DNA from: Octopus vulgaris
Taxonomy: Eukaryota
Length of the DNA stretch: 64,000 nucleotides
Reading direction: 5' to 3'
NCBI GenBank assembly: GCA_951406725.2
Contig: OX597836.1
Span: 6,324,001-6,388,000 of the forward strand
Positions 1 to 13,024 of this stretch are shown one piece after another. The first letter of the stretch is position 1, and each line of letters starts with the position of its first letter. Both the position numbers and the translations under genes were made by a program. The notes under the pieces are model-generated. The model did not search any database. It was not told the DNA's origin and saw only the letters and a program-made list of their open reading frames with translations.

Positions 1-603
1 ACAATGCCGTCATCGACCCTGCCACCATCACCGATAACACCATCATTATCAGAAACAGCATTGCCGCTATCAACACCATCATCATCAACAAACAGTTACA
101 TCACTACCGCCACAATTAGCGGCACCGCCTCCACCATCACCACCAACATTCAACATTAACACCGCCATCATCATCATCATCACCACCACCACCGCCACCC
201 TCACCAACACTCCTAGCATTAACACCACTGGCACCATCGGCACCACCACTACCTCTCCATAATCCTGCTCACCATCATCAAGAACAATACCATCATCACC
301 ACCACCGCCACCACCACAATCAGCAGCTCCGCCACCACCAACATTCAACATCAACATTGCCATCACCATCACCACCACCACCACCACCATTAACATCGCT
401 ACTATCATCAAAATCTGCCCACACCCCACCTCTATTCATGATATCCTCGTTAACCAAGGTGGTGCACTGGCAGAATCGTTAGTACACCAGGTAAAAATGC
501 TTGGTGGCATTTCATCTGTCTTTAAAATAAGGACCTGTCAAGCATTTAACTGACTTACTCCATCCCCCAAAATTGCTGGCCTTGTGCCAAAATTTGAAAC
601 CAA

Positions 604-637
<34 letters not shown>

Positions 638-1226
638 GAGTGAGAGAGCAGTGTGTGCCATCAAAGTGACACCGGGGTAAAATATACGAAGCCCAGTATA
701 CCCATCATAACTACCTGTCTGATAAGGGTACACTCGGCACCTGCATCACAGCCATGTGTGCGCGACATGGTGATCCCATATCAAGATAAACAGCGCATGA
801 CTTTGCAGGTGGGACCCAGTTAGAATTTTCTTCTGGTCGAGTAACCCATCCCGCTCAAAAGTTCCTTGAATAAGGGTTGTTTAAGGATGTTGAATGAACA
901 ACCCATGTTTCCAAAGGTGAATTATTCAGAGATGCACATATCGTCAGCCACTAAGGGACATGCTCAACTGGTTAAGGTCAAACAACTGACAAGCAAATCT
1001 GAGGTATTGAGCAGAATATTTGCTGTAGCCCATCTTTCATACCAAGACAAAACAATGTACATGATAACACTTCCAATCGGTTAAGATTTATTATTATTAT
1101 TATTCAGTAGTCTTTGCCTTTCGTCCTTTCAGGATCAATAAATTAAGTACCAGTGAAACACTGGGGTCAGTGTCATAGACTACTCTCCTCCCCAAAATTT
1201 CAGGCCCTGTGCCTATAGTAGAAAGG

Positions 1227-1263
<37 letters not shown>

Positions 1264-2498
1264 TTTTCTATTCTAGGCTCAAGGCCCCAAATTTTGGGTG
1301 AGGGGGCCTGTTGATTAGATTGATCCAGTATGCAAATGTTTGTGTGAAAGATAGGGATTTTATTTAGCTTGACACGTCTTACCAAATACAGCAAATCTCC
1401 TCATCTCCAATCCCTTATCATTTCTTCAGTGAGGCCCAGTCTCCAAAGATCCATTTTCACCACTTTGTCCCACATCTACCTGGCTCTACCCCTTCCACAG
1501 GTACCCTCCACAGTTAAAGCTCAGCACTTCTTTACACATCTGTCCTCATCCATACGCATCACATGACCATACCAGCACATTCTTCTCTCTTGCACACAAC
1601 ATCTGATGCTTTTTATACCCCTCTTATGTCCCCCTACCTTTCTATACTCCTTTCCCTGAAATTGCTGGCCTTGTGCCAAAATATAAAATTAATATATGTG
1701 TCCTTGTTTGTCCCCTCTATGTTTAACCCCTTGTGGGCAATAAAGAAATAAGGAACATTAGGAAGCTGGGCGAAGTGCTTAGCTGTATTTCATCTGTCGC
1801 TATGTTCTGAGGTTGACTTTGCCTTTGATCCTTTCGTGGTTCATAAATTAAGTACTAGTCATATACTGGGGTCGATGTGATCAATTGTCCCTCTCCCCTA
1901 AGAATTCCTGGCCTTGTGCCTATAGTAGAAAGGATTACAACTACTATGTATCTGCATAGGGGCAGACGTTTTGAAGGTAATGACCATGGGCTCTGGGATT
2001 TTTAGGCTCTGCATCAATTTATTTTGTTGTAGATTTTTCTAAAACTTGACTCCGATAATTATCCTCTCGTCTGTTTGAATGCAAGAATTCGGCTGAAGAG
2101 ACCAGCAATTCCTGGACCTTTTGATGAAGAACATCATTATCTTTCTAAAAAAATTTTATCTAAAACATAATGAAATTCCATGTGGCTGGCATTCATCTGA
2201 GGCACTCACGAACCTAGACAAGAACAGGCATTGATGCTTATGCACACATGCACACACACACACAAATACATTTGAATATATATATATATATATGTGTGTG
2301 TGTGTAGATGTATGTGCGTTGATGGAAAATTTGGTGTTTTTTTATAGTTATTACTTTCACTTTCATTTTCCCTTCGCAATGATGGTTGGAAAGATGTGTC
2401 ATTGAGCAAACTGTAGTATGAAGCTGTGTAATATATATATATATATATGTACATATACACACACACACATGCATTCATACATATATATATACATACAT

Positions 2499-2529
<31 letters not shown>

Positions 2530-2632
2530 CACACACTTATACACATACACATTCATATATATATATACATACACATTCATATATACATATATATACACAC
2601 ACACATATATATATATATATATACACACGTAC

Positions 2633-2665
<33 letters not shown>

Positions 2666-2680
2666 TACTCATACACATCC

Positions 2681-2711
<31 letters not shown>

Positions 2712-2719
2712 TACACATT

Positions 2720-2762
<43 letters not shown>

Positions 2763-3183
2763 ACATTCATACATACATACATACATATATATATACATAC
2801 ATACATACAGTGTATGTATTAGTGCATATATTAGGTTTTGAGTGACTGAATGAAACAGTGGATGAATAAACACCATTACCTGCCATTGAAGACTGTACGT
2901 CTTGCATGGAGATTGAGTCAACATGCCTTTGTGTGTACAGTGGTTTAGTAATGAAAATGTGACAGCTCTATAAACGCATTATGCTCACCTATCTCCCCCC
3001 TGCTCAAACAACAACAACCAGCCAAGGACGTTAGGCTGTTCGAAGGTCTATCTTTTGTATCTGCAGGAAATTGTCAGCCGAGCTAATGTTAGCAGGGCCT
3101 GGTTTATGGTGACAAACTAGCTGAAAGGGTGGAGGGTGGTGCTGGTGGTGGTGTGTGTGGGGGGAAGCAAAATGATGGCAATA

Positions 3184-3215
<32 letters not shown>

Positions 3216-3285
3216 GATACTAAGAATGATAATAAAAATTTCTGCAATAATAATAGAGAAAGGGAGGTTTATGTAGAAATGTGAA

Positions 3286-3690
3286 GGCGCAGGAGTGGCT
3301 GTGTGGTAAGTAGGTTGTTTACCAACCACATGGTTCCGGGTTCAGTCCCACTACGTGGCATCTTGGGCAAGTGTCTTCTGCTATAGCCCCGGGCCGACCA
3401 ATGCCTTGTGAGTGGATTTGGTAGACGGAAACTGAAAGAAGCCCGTTGTATATATATATATATATATATGCGTGTGTGTGTTTGTGTGTCTGTGTTTGTC
3501 CCCCCAGCATTGCTTGACAACCGATGCTGGTGTGTTTATGTCCCCGTTACTTAGCGGTTCGGCAAAAGGGACTGATAGAATAAGTACTGGGCTTACAAAA
3601 GAATAAGTCCCGGGATCGAGTTGCTCGATTAAAGGCGGTGCTCCAGCATGGCCGTAGTCAAATGACTGAAACGAGTAAAAGAGTAAGAGT
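3286..3690 (+). mobile_element. Abundant octopus-type tRNA-derived SINE, family A (more than 20 copies or fragments in both orientations, e.g. 28370-28780 +, 54130-54552 -, 61937-62285 -)
   Basis: Recurrent head GGAGTGGCTGTGTGGTAAG...GGTTCAGTCCCACT...CTTGGGCAAGTGTCTT, internal (TA)n/(TG)n, tail TCCAGCATGGCC...GACTGAAAC. Confidence 0.9.
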
Positions 3691-4809
3691 ATGAGGAAAC
3701 AGACATCATAAGTAATGACAACAACAAAAAATCAATAATAATAATAATAATGGAGGCGCAATGGCCCAGTAGTTAGAGCAGTGGACTCACAGTTGGAGGA
3801 TCGCGGTTTCAATTCCCAGACCGGGCGTTGTTTGTGTTTATTGAGCGAAAACACCTAAAAGATCCACGAAGCTCCGGCAGGGGGTGGTGGCAACCCCTGT
3901 TGTACTCTTTCACCACAACTTTCTCTCACTCACTCTTCCTGTTTCTTGAGTAACACTGCAATGGACTGGCGTCCCGTCCAGCTGGGGAGGGGGGGACACA
4001 TACGCCACAAAAGCCGGGAAACTGGGCCCATGAGCCTGGCTAGGCTTGAAAAGGGTGCAAAGAAGAAAGAATAATAATAATGATAACGGTTTCAAATTTT
4101 GCCACTAGGGCAGCAATCTTGGGGGAGGCGATGAATCCCTTCCCCCAAATTTGAGTTGTTGTGCTTCCAGTAGAAAGGATCATTATTATTATTATTATGA
4201 CCGCCTGGGGTGGTGAGCTGGTGGAATCATTAACACACTGGACAAAATGCCATTAAGAATTTTGGCTGTTTTTCACATTCTGAGTTCAAATTCTGCTGAG
4301 GTCGGCTGTGCCACTTGTCTTTTCAGAGCTGATGAAATAAGTACCAGTTGAGCACTGGGGTCGATGTAAGTGACTAGTGCCCCCACCACATGCAAAATTT
4401 CAGGTCTTGTACCTGTTGTAGATAGAAAGAATTTATCATCATCATCATATATATATATATATATAATTATATAATTATATATATATATATATATAATTTA
4501 TATATATAAATTTATATATATATATAATTTATATATGTATGTATGTATATATATTAATCGTATTTCAGCCAGAGTTCTTTCGTCACACTTCTGTGACGTC
4601 ATCAATGTCCATTTTCTATGCTGGCGTGAGTTAGACAATTATGTATAGATGTTTGTGCATAGAAGTATGTATGTGAATGTGTGTATATCTGAATGTATAT
4701 GTGTGCATGAATGTCTACGTCTCTGTGTGTGTGTGTGTGTATGTATATGTATGTATACACATATGCTTATATATATATCTATATATATGTCTAAATTTAT
4801 TTTCTGCAG

Positions 4810-4944
4810 GCCTCTTACACAACCAACTTATTCATGACCGGAATGCCGTTTGCTGAGTTTGACTACAATGTGGTGGACGAGGCGAACGGTGGCCCGCAGC
4901 CTTATTCTGCTACCGAAGCCTCTTACAGACCAGTTATACTAAAG
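4810..4944 (+). CDS. ACP6: ACP6-like lysophosphatidic acid phosphatase, first exon in window (the RHGxRxP exon lies upstream of the window)
   Basis: ctgcag|GCC...AAG|gtgagt; 135 nt; ASYTTNLFMTGMPFAEFDYNVVDEANGGPQPYSATEASYRPVILK resembles the vertebrate ACP6 segment FDYTVTNLAGGPKPYS...TLK (recalled, not aligned). Confidence 0.9.
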
Positions 4945-7900
4945 GTGAGTACCGTGTAAATATTTGACTGGCTTCTGTGCCTGTGGCACATAAAAAAGCA
5001 CCAACTGATCGTGGCCGATGCCAGACCCCTCTGGCACCTGTGCAGGTGGCAATTAAAAAGCACCCACTACACTCGCGGAGTGGTTGGCGTTAGGAAGGGC
5101 ATCCAGCTGTAGAAACACTGCCAGATCAGACTGGAGCCTGGGGCAGCCCCTGGCTCCCCAGACCCCGGTCGAACCGTCCAACCCATGCTAGCGCGAAAAA
5201 CGGACGTTAAATGATGATGATGTTGAATGGCAGGGGTTGCGGGTTTGGTACAGTGACAAGCCCCTCCCACCTCTCATTGTCTTCCTGCAGTGCATTATGG
5301 GTAAGTGTCTTCTAGGTGGAGGCACGTTGCTTAGTGATGTGTTATTTTCCTTGAGCAAAACTCTCCACTTCATGTTGCTCCTGATCATTCAACAGGCAAA
5401 AGTGAGTAATCCTGTGATGGGTAGGCGTCCTATCCAGGGGTGAATATCTCCACCGTGGAAACTGGGAAACAGGCCCCTAAGAGTTTATGACACAGGAAGG
5501 ATCTATATCCCGTCTATCGAAGTGCTATAACCTCAGGTCAAACGAAACTTTGTAAATGAAAACAAGTTGTCAGAAGCAAATTGCCTGGAAGCTCGTTAGA
5601 TAGATTGTATTTGTAATTAGTAGCGACAGCTTCGTCATGCACTGTGTAATTAACAATGCAGGTGTCTGGAATAATGCGGTTGCTAATTGTGTTAGAGGAA
5701 GTAGGTAATTGCACCTGTGCAGATTGCAAGTGCGACTTAGTGTAGATGCAGACGTGGCTGCATGGTAAGAAGTTTGCTTTCCAACCACGTAGTTCCAGGT
5801 TCAGTCCCACTGCACGGCACCTTGGGCAAGTGTTTTCTGCTTTAGCCTAGGCCGAACAGAGCTTTGTAAGTGGATTTGGTAGATGGAAACTGAAAGAAGC
5901 CCATCATATATATATTTTCATCTCTATCTATCTACTTATCTCTCTATATTTCTGTCTGTCTGTCTGTCTATCTATCTGTCCATCTATCTGTCTGTCTGTT
6001 TGGCGTGGCTGTGTGGTAAGAAGCTTGCTTCCCAACCACACGGTTCCGGGTTCAGTCCCACTGTGTGACACCTTGGGCAAGTGTCTTCTATTATAGCCTC
6101 AAGCTGACCAAAGCTTTGTGAGTAGATATGGCACACGTATATACATATATATATATATCATCATGATCATCATCATTGTCGTTTAACGTCCGCTTTCCGT
6201 GCTGGCATGGGTTGGTCAGTTTGACCAGCGCTGGCAAGCCGGAGAACTGCACCTGGTTCCATTCTGATTAGCTTGATTTCTATGGCTCAATGCTCTTCCT
6301 AACGCCAACAGCTTCACCATGTGTGCTGCATGCTCTCAAAGTGGCACTGGCACGAGTGATTCAGCGTGGCACCAACATGAGCGTTTTTAAAGCAGCACTG
6401 GCACAGGACCCTTGTAGGCTAATCCTTGGGGTGTGGGCAATGGGGGAATTTTGCTTTGAGGAATTTTGGTTAAATGTATCAACTCCAATATTTATTGTTT
6501 ATTTTTTTTGAGCCTGGTACTTATGTTAACAGGTTCCTTTTTTTTTTTAACTGCTAAGGTACAGGGACATAAATGTACCAACTCCAGTTGTCAGGCAGTG
6601 GCTGGGGACAAACACAGACACTAAGACACACATGCAGTTTCCTATTTCTTTACTACCCACAAGGGGCTAAACACAGAAGGGACAAAAAAAGGACAGACAA
6701 ACGGAATAAGTCAATTATATTGACCCCAGTATGTAACTGGTACTTAATTTATCGACCCCGTAAGGATGAAAGGCAAAGTCAACCTCGGCGGAATTTGAAC
6801 ACAGAATGTAACGGCAGATGCAATACTGCTAAGCATTTCGCCCAGCGTGCTAACATTTCTGCCAGCTCGCCACCTTGACACATATGCAGTTTCCACCTTC
6901 TAAATCCACTAAGAACAATTTGGTTGGCCTGAGGCTTTACTGGAAGACACCCACCATGCTATGCCGTGGGACTGAACCACCGAACCATGTGGTTGGGAAG
7001 CAAACTTCTTACCACCCGGCCACGAGTGTATCTGATCAACCAAACCATTGAAATACTTTATGTGAGAAGAGTAAATCCCACGAACGACAGCTTTGGGAGT
7101 TGGTAATCTCAACAAAGGGACTGGAAAGAGTTGCAATGCAGAGCCAGGTCAATGAGGGAAGCCATTGAGGTTTTGTAGTAAAAATGACAGACATTTCAAA
7201 AGCAGCAAAGAATTCAGAAAATGGGCATTCAGGAATGGTCTGCTGGCATTGAGGACTCACTTCTCCCGCCTGATGATGATAGCATGGTGGAACCAGAACC
7301 AGCAAGCAGCATTGGGAGTCGTAGAGATAATCAGTAATGACTCAGGTGTTAATAGTCGTTAGATCTAAAGACTTTAAACTAAATATGAGGTCGTTAGCCG
7401 TCTGGGACATCATCCTTTAGGAAATGTGTTTCACTGAACCCGGAACCATGTGGTTGGGGAGGAAACCCCTTTCCACACACATACACACACATCCATATAT
7501 ATAAACACATACTTGTATGTATATGTATATATGTATGTATGTATGTATATATATATATATATATATATCATCATCATCATATATATATATTTATATATAT
7601 TTATATATATATATTTATATATATATATATTTATATTTATATATATATATATATATTTATATATATTTATATTTATATATATATATATTTATATTTATAT
7701 ATATATATATATATTTATGTATATATATATACATATATGCATATAGAGATGTAGATATACACACACACACACATATATACATACATACATACATGCATGC
7801 ATGCACATGTTACTTTTCAATGCCCATTAATCCCCAGTGGGATGGGTTGAACGTTATGTCAAGATCTGAAGAGCCAGAGCTCTCTACCGAGCTCAGGTGT

Positions 7901-8807
7901 TTCCTCTGGTATGGATTCTGTGGCTGGATGCCCTTCCTAATGCCAACCACTTTACAAAGTCTACTGGCTGCATTATTTTGTGACATCCGCACCAGTGAGG
8001 TCACCGAATAACTCACAAGACTAGAACCCACCACTCCCAAATGAATGGACATATAGTGTGTGTGTATGTGTGTGTGTAAGTATATATATACTTATATACA
8101 CACATGTATGCATGTGTCTATATATATATATATATGTATATACATATATTATATATATATATATATATATATAATAAGCTTATTATATAAGCACTACAAC
8201 ACAGCTCCAATACTATTTTCTTTGAAGTGTGTTAAATATTATATCAGCCTCTTTTGCTGAACCACTAAGTCATGGGGATGTAAACAAACCAACAATGGTT
8301 GCCAAATGGCAGAGAAAAGGGACAAACACAAATGCACACACATGCATATTCTACACATGCACACACACACACACATCTACGACAGGCTTCCCCACAGTTT
8401 CTGCCATTTAAATTAACTCACAAGGCATTGCTTCTCTTAGGGGCTGTTTTAGCAGACGCTTGCCCTAGGTGTGCCGTACAGTGGGACTGAACCTGAAACC
8501 CCCAGGTTAAAAACCAAGTTTCTTAATTATAAACAAAAGAAAGATAGCCCCATTTCAGAGACCTTTGGTCACAGGATTTTCTACAATCGGGGTTAACTCA
8601 GGACTATATAACTATAAGCCTCACCTCCTTTCACACATTTTATTATCTAGGACATGATTCACAAGTTACTGTGTAAACAAAACTGTCACATGACTACAGC
8701 CGTCAAGATAAACTGTTACCATAGCATCGTAGAAATATAAGATATTATATAAAGACATGTCTGGTGATTCTTGTTCCTTACTGATAACGTTTTCGTTCTC
8801 AGTAGCT

Positions 8808-9036
8808 GTTAACCCTTTTGTTACCATATTTCTGTTGAGATGCTCCGAGTTTCTTTCAATTAATTTAAAATATAACAAAGAATTTAGTAAAATAACTTAG
8901 TTATCATTCAGCTAGTGCTAGGAACATAAATTGTGACTAAGGTTTGGTGGAAGGTTTTAATTCAAAACTTATGAAAACAAGACATTTGTACAAGAGTTAG
9001 AAGTGGTTTCAACCAGGTTGGTATCAAAAGAGTTAA
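8808..9036. mobile_element. piggyBac-like MITE
   Basis: TTAA-CCCTTT...AAAGAG-TTAA ends; an inverted copy of the family at 24326-24661. Confidence 0.7.
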
Positions 9037-10483
9037 CTCTTTTACTTGTTTCAGTCATTTGACTGTGGCCATGCTGGAGCACTGACTTTTAGTCGAAGAA
9101 ATTGACCCCATGACTTATTCTTTATAAGCTTATTCTATCGATCCCTTTGGCCAAACCACTAAGTTTTGAGGACGTAAACACACCACCATCGGTTGTCAAG
9201 TGATGTTGCGGGGACAAACACAGACAAACATATACACACACATACACACACATATATATATATATATACGACAGGTTTCTTTTGGTCAGCCCAAGGCTAT
9301 AATAGAAGACACTTGACCAAGGTGCTACGCAGTGGGAATGAACCCGGAACCATGTGGTTGCTAAGCAAGCTACTTACCACACAGCCACTCCAAGCAACAT
9401 AGAAGTATAATATATTAAAACCTGTCTGGTGATTCTCATCCCTCACTGATAACTGTTTCTCTCTCAATAGTTGTTAATAGGCATCATAAGCATTTCACAG
9501 TATAGTTGAACACTACAAGGGCCGGGGCACTCAATATGTGCTTTGTTTGTGAGTGGAGTGACTGTTTCCTCTTTTCCTCAATAAACCTTTGTGCTTCACT
9601 TACAAAACACTTTCCATGAACTTGCTCAGATGTTTTGCGACAAGTTCCTCAACAAATATTTAGGTCGCGGGTGCAGCTGCATGGTAAGAAGTTTGCTTCT
9701 CATCATCATGGTTCCGGGTTCAGCCCTACTGCATGGCACCTGGGGCAAGTGTCTTCGTCTACATCCACAAGCTGTTCAAAGTCTTGTGAGTGGATTTGGT
9801 AGATAGAAACTGAAAGAAGCCTGCTGTATATATATATATATTTCTTTATTGCCCACAAGGAGCTAAACATAGAGGGAACAAACAAGGACAGGCAAAGGGA
9901 TTAAGTCGATTACATCGACCCCAGTGTGAAACTGGTACTTTATTTATTGACCCTGAAAGGATGAAATGCAAAGCTGACCTCGGCAGAATTTGTGTGTGTG
10001 TGTGTGTGTTTGTCCCTCACCACCACTTCAGAACCAATGTTGGTGTGTTTACATCCCTGTAGCTTAGTGGGTCAGCAAAAGAGACCAAGAGAATAAGTAC
10101 TAGGTTTTAAAAAATATTACTACTGGGGTATTCTTCAAGGAGGTGATCCAGCATGGCCACAGTCCCCAGTCGAATGACTGAAACGAGTGAGAGAGTTGTA
10201 TAACTAACCAATAGACCGAATATCTGCCTCACCTCAATCGTTACTCACAGTCTGTTTTATTCATTGCCATTTGGAAACCTCCCTGTCTTTGATGAAGAGT
10301 CTACTCAGAAATATTAGATGCTTTGTCTTCCACACTGCGAGATCAGCTTCGACCCGCTTCGTGGATTTGCAGAACCCTTTGTGCATGGCCACAGTCTAAT
10401 GATTGAAGCAAGTAAGAGGTAAAAGATCGTGCCAGTGTTTCACTCAGAGGGCGACAAGTGGTGAGGCTATGGAAGGTCAGCAC

Positions 10484-10519
<36 letters not shown>

Positions 10520-11278
10520 GGGCGTGTGCACACAAACAAGCAAGCACACATACACATACACAAGCATGTGCACACACACACAAGCAAGCACACATACACA
10601 AGGACACACAGACATACACATAAAAACAAGCACACACATGCATGCACACACCCACATGAGCACAGTGGCACCAAAGGGCTGTCGGCATTTGTGCATAAGG
10701 AAAAGTGCCTCGTAGTATTCCTTTTGGATCTTTGAGTTCAAATCCGACCCAGATCAGTTCTGTATTTCTTCCATCCAGGGTCAATGAAGTAAAACTATTA
10801 GTCCAATGCAAAGGTCAGTGGTATTGATTGACACTCTCCCATCCAAATTCCTGGCCTTGGGATTTAATCAGAAACCATTATTATTAAGGTGGTGTGTAGG
10901 CAGAATTGTTAACTCGCCAGACAAGGCGCTTAGTGGCATTTCATCTGTCTGTGTGTCCTCTGTTCAGATCCCACTGAGGTTGACTCTGCCCTTCAGCTTT
11001 TACAAGGTTGATAAAGTAAGAACCACTTGAGCACTGGGGACGATGTAATTGACTTGATCCTTCCCCACAAATTCCAGATCCTTGTGTCGGTTAGCAGAAA
11101 CGATTATTATTATTGTTATTATTATTTAAAGTGGTAAACTGGCAGAAGCGTTAGCACACTGGGCAAAATGCTTAGTGGTATTTCATCTGTCACTACGTTC
11201 TGAGTTCAAATTCTACCAGGGTCGATTTTTGCCTTTCGTCCTTTCAGGGAGTGATAGATCAAGTACCAGTTGATTTTA

Positions 11279-11370
11279 TATCTCTGAAGAGCAGAAGAGT
11301 TGTCTCTAAATGCTTATTAATATAGGATTTCATTACAGGGACAGCTCTTCTGTGAAACGATCGTAAGATG
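11279..11370 (+). ncRNA. Type I hammerhead ribozyme with canonical core (Penelope-type)
   Basis: Stem I UAUCU/AGAUG; CUGAAGA 11284-11290; 17-bp stem II 11291-11307/11337-11353; GAAA 11354-11357; palindromic stem III ACGAUCGU; GUA cleavage triplet ending at 11365. Confidence 0.8.
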
Positions 11371-11585
11371 CTTTAAATACATGATTCAAAACTTTTAAAC
11401 TGTCATATACATAATATATTCATACTTATACATATTTACATATATTTTTATATATATATATTTAATACAACAATTATTTTATTCACGTATATATCTTTCT
11501 GAAGAATTTCCTAATATTGATTTCCTAATATTAACAGTATATTATTAAAAAAATATATATTAAAGAAATTGATGTTTTTGTTTAG

Positions 11586-11716
11586 GGTGGTGCTATTAGT
11601 GCACAGCTGACATCCCTTGGTCATTACCAGACTTACAGCCTAGGTTTGTCCCTGCGTAAAGATTACATTGAGAAACACAAGTTGATCAGCAGTGAACTGA
11701 AGAATGAAGAAATTTT
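11586..11716 (+). CDS. ACP6: ACP6-like exon
   Basis: tttag|GGT...TT|gtgagt; 131 nt; GGAISAQLTSLGHYQTYSLGLSLRKDYIEKHKLISSELKNEEI fits the histidine acid phosphatase GQLTxxG...LGxxLRxxY block. Confidence 0.93.
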
Positions 11717-11944
11717 GTGAGTATTATGTGTTTTTTCTTATAATATATATTGTTTATACGCTTGACTGGTACTTCGCAGAATGTAAAAAAAATCATATCT
11801 TACTCGAGCGATTACTGTTTACATCTCATTCTGAGATTTAATAATGCTTGCAGACAGTTTTTCGAAATCAGTGGCAGAAGTCACTAGAAAAACTCTTATA
11901 TATTTGCATACAGGCTTTCTCTTTCATCGTGATCCGGTGATTAC

Positions 11945-11988
11945 CACCCGTTGATAAGAGGCAATAACCTCGAAACCGCGGTCCGGTG
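11945..11988 (+). ncRNA. Type I minimal hammerhead ribozyme, U3-A8 core variant
   Basis: Stem I CAC(C)CG/CGGUG; UUGAUAA 11951-11957; stem II GAGG-CAAUAA-CCUC; GAAA 11972-11975; palindromic ACCGCGGU; GUC triplet ending at 11983. Confidence 0.7.
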
Positions 11989-12709
11989 CGTATCACTTAG
12001 GCTTACAAGAAAGGGATGGCCTCCCTTTGCAAATACCATAAGGGCACAGATAGTGTGCCTAAAGCCAGCTGGAGACGATGATCTCCTGGGGCTAAAAAGC
12101 TACAGTAACACCCCCACTTGGTGATTAGCCATATTGAGATGGCTATTATACTTTATATATCTTACTGTTTTTCTTTTAAATTTTATTAAGAAATTTTTTT
12201 TTGTCAGGCCATTCAAATCCTGCTAAAGTCCTTCTTCTCAAAGACCGGTGGAGACAATGTGTGAAATGATATACTGGTACGATGCTGTGGGTTGGTTTAA
12301 TGTTCCTGCGAAGCATCTTTCATGGTACTCCATCGCTTATGATGAGAAGGGTTCCAGTTGATTCATTCAACGGAACAGCCTGCTTGTGAAATTAATGTGC
12401 AAGTGGCTGAGTGCTCCGTAGACATGCATATTCTCAACCCTTTAGCATTTAAACCAACCAAACTATTCTACCTACATCTAGCTTCTCACACCTACCCTAC
12501 AATGTCGTTTTAATAATAAACAATCACATCATCGAAATTTCAGAGCTGTGAGGTATTGGAGACATATCCTAGCTATGGAAGTAATATTATTTTGCTGGGG
12601 AAGCAGGTGGAGGTTGGTGATAGGAAGGGCACCCAGCTGCCGAATTTCTCCCCACCCCCTCCCCAACAAATTTCTGTGTGACCTATGCAAGTACGGAAAA
12701 GGGAATGTG

Positions 12710-13024
12710 GTGGCACATGGCCTAGTGGTTAGAGCAGCAGACTCGCAGTCGAGGGATTGCGGGTTCAAATCTCAGACCGAGCGATGTGTGTGTGTGTTTA
12801 TGAGCGAAACACCTAAGCTCCACGTGGCTCCGGCAGAAGGTAATGGCGAACTTCTGCTGACTCTTTCGCCCCACAACTTTCTCTCACTCTTTCCTCCTGC
12901 ATCTTGCAGCTCACCTGCGACGGACCGGCGTCCCGTCCAGGTGGGGAACCTATACGTTAAGGAAACCGGGAAACTGGCCCTTATGAGCCAGGCATAGCTC
13001 AAGAAGGAACAAAAAAAAAAAAAC
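12710..13024 (+). mobile_element. tRNA-derived SINE, family B, with poly(A) tail and TSD
   Basis: TGGCCTAGTGGTTAG A-box, GGTTCAAATC B-box, A-tail, flanking GGAAA(A)GGGAATG duplication. Confidence 0.85.

Noticed and set aside
85-429. 114-aa Val/Gly/Met-rich ORF
   Set aside because: Translation of a degenerate (CAC/CAT)n trinucleotide tract.
763-789. CGA CAT GGT GAT (RHGD) as the missing catalytic RHGxRxP exon of ACP6
   Set aside because: Reads RHGDPISR-stop, lacks RxP and splice sites, and lies in a repeat-like block; the real exon is probably upstream of the window.
2093-2125. CUGAAGA followed by a small hairpin as a hammerhead
   Set aside because: No GAAA after the stem and no stem I or III.
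2206-2924. Overlapping YI/TH/CV ORFs (also at 7450-8011, 55125-57344, 59476-60206 and elsewhere)
   Set aside because: (TA)n, (CA)n and (TACA)n microsatellites lack stop codons; no coding signal.
12710-12785. tRNA gene (also at 3753, 15298, 48672 and 50537)
   Set aside because: tRNA-like heads continue into shared SINE bodies with tails or TSDs; no complete acceptor stem.
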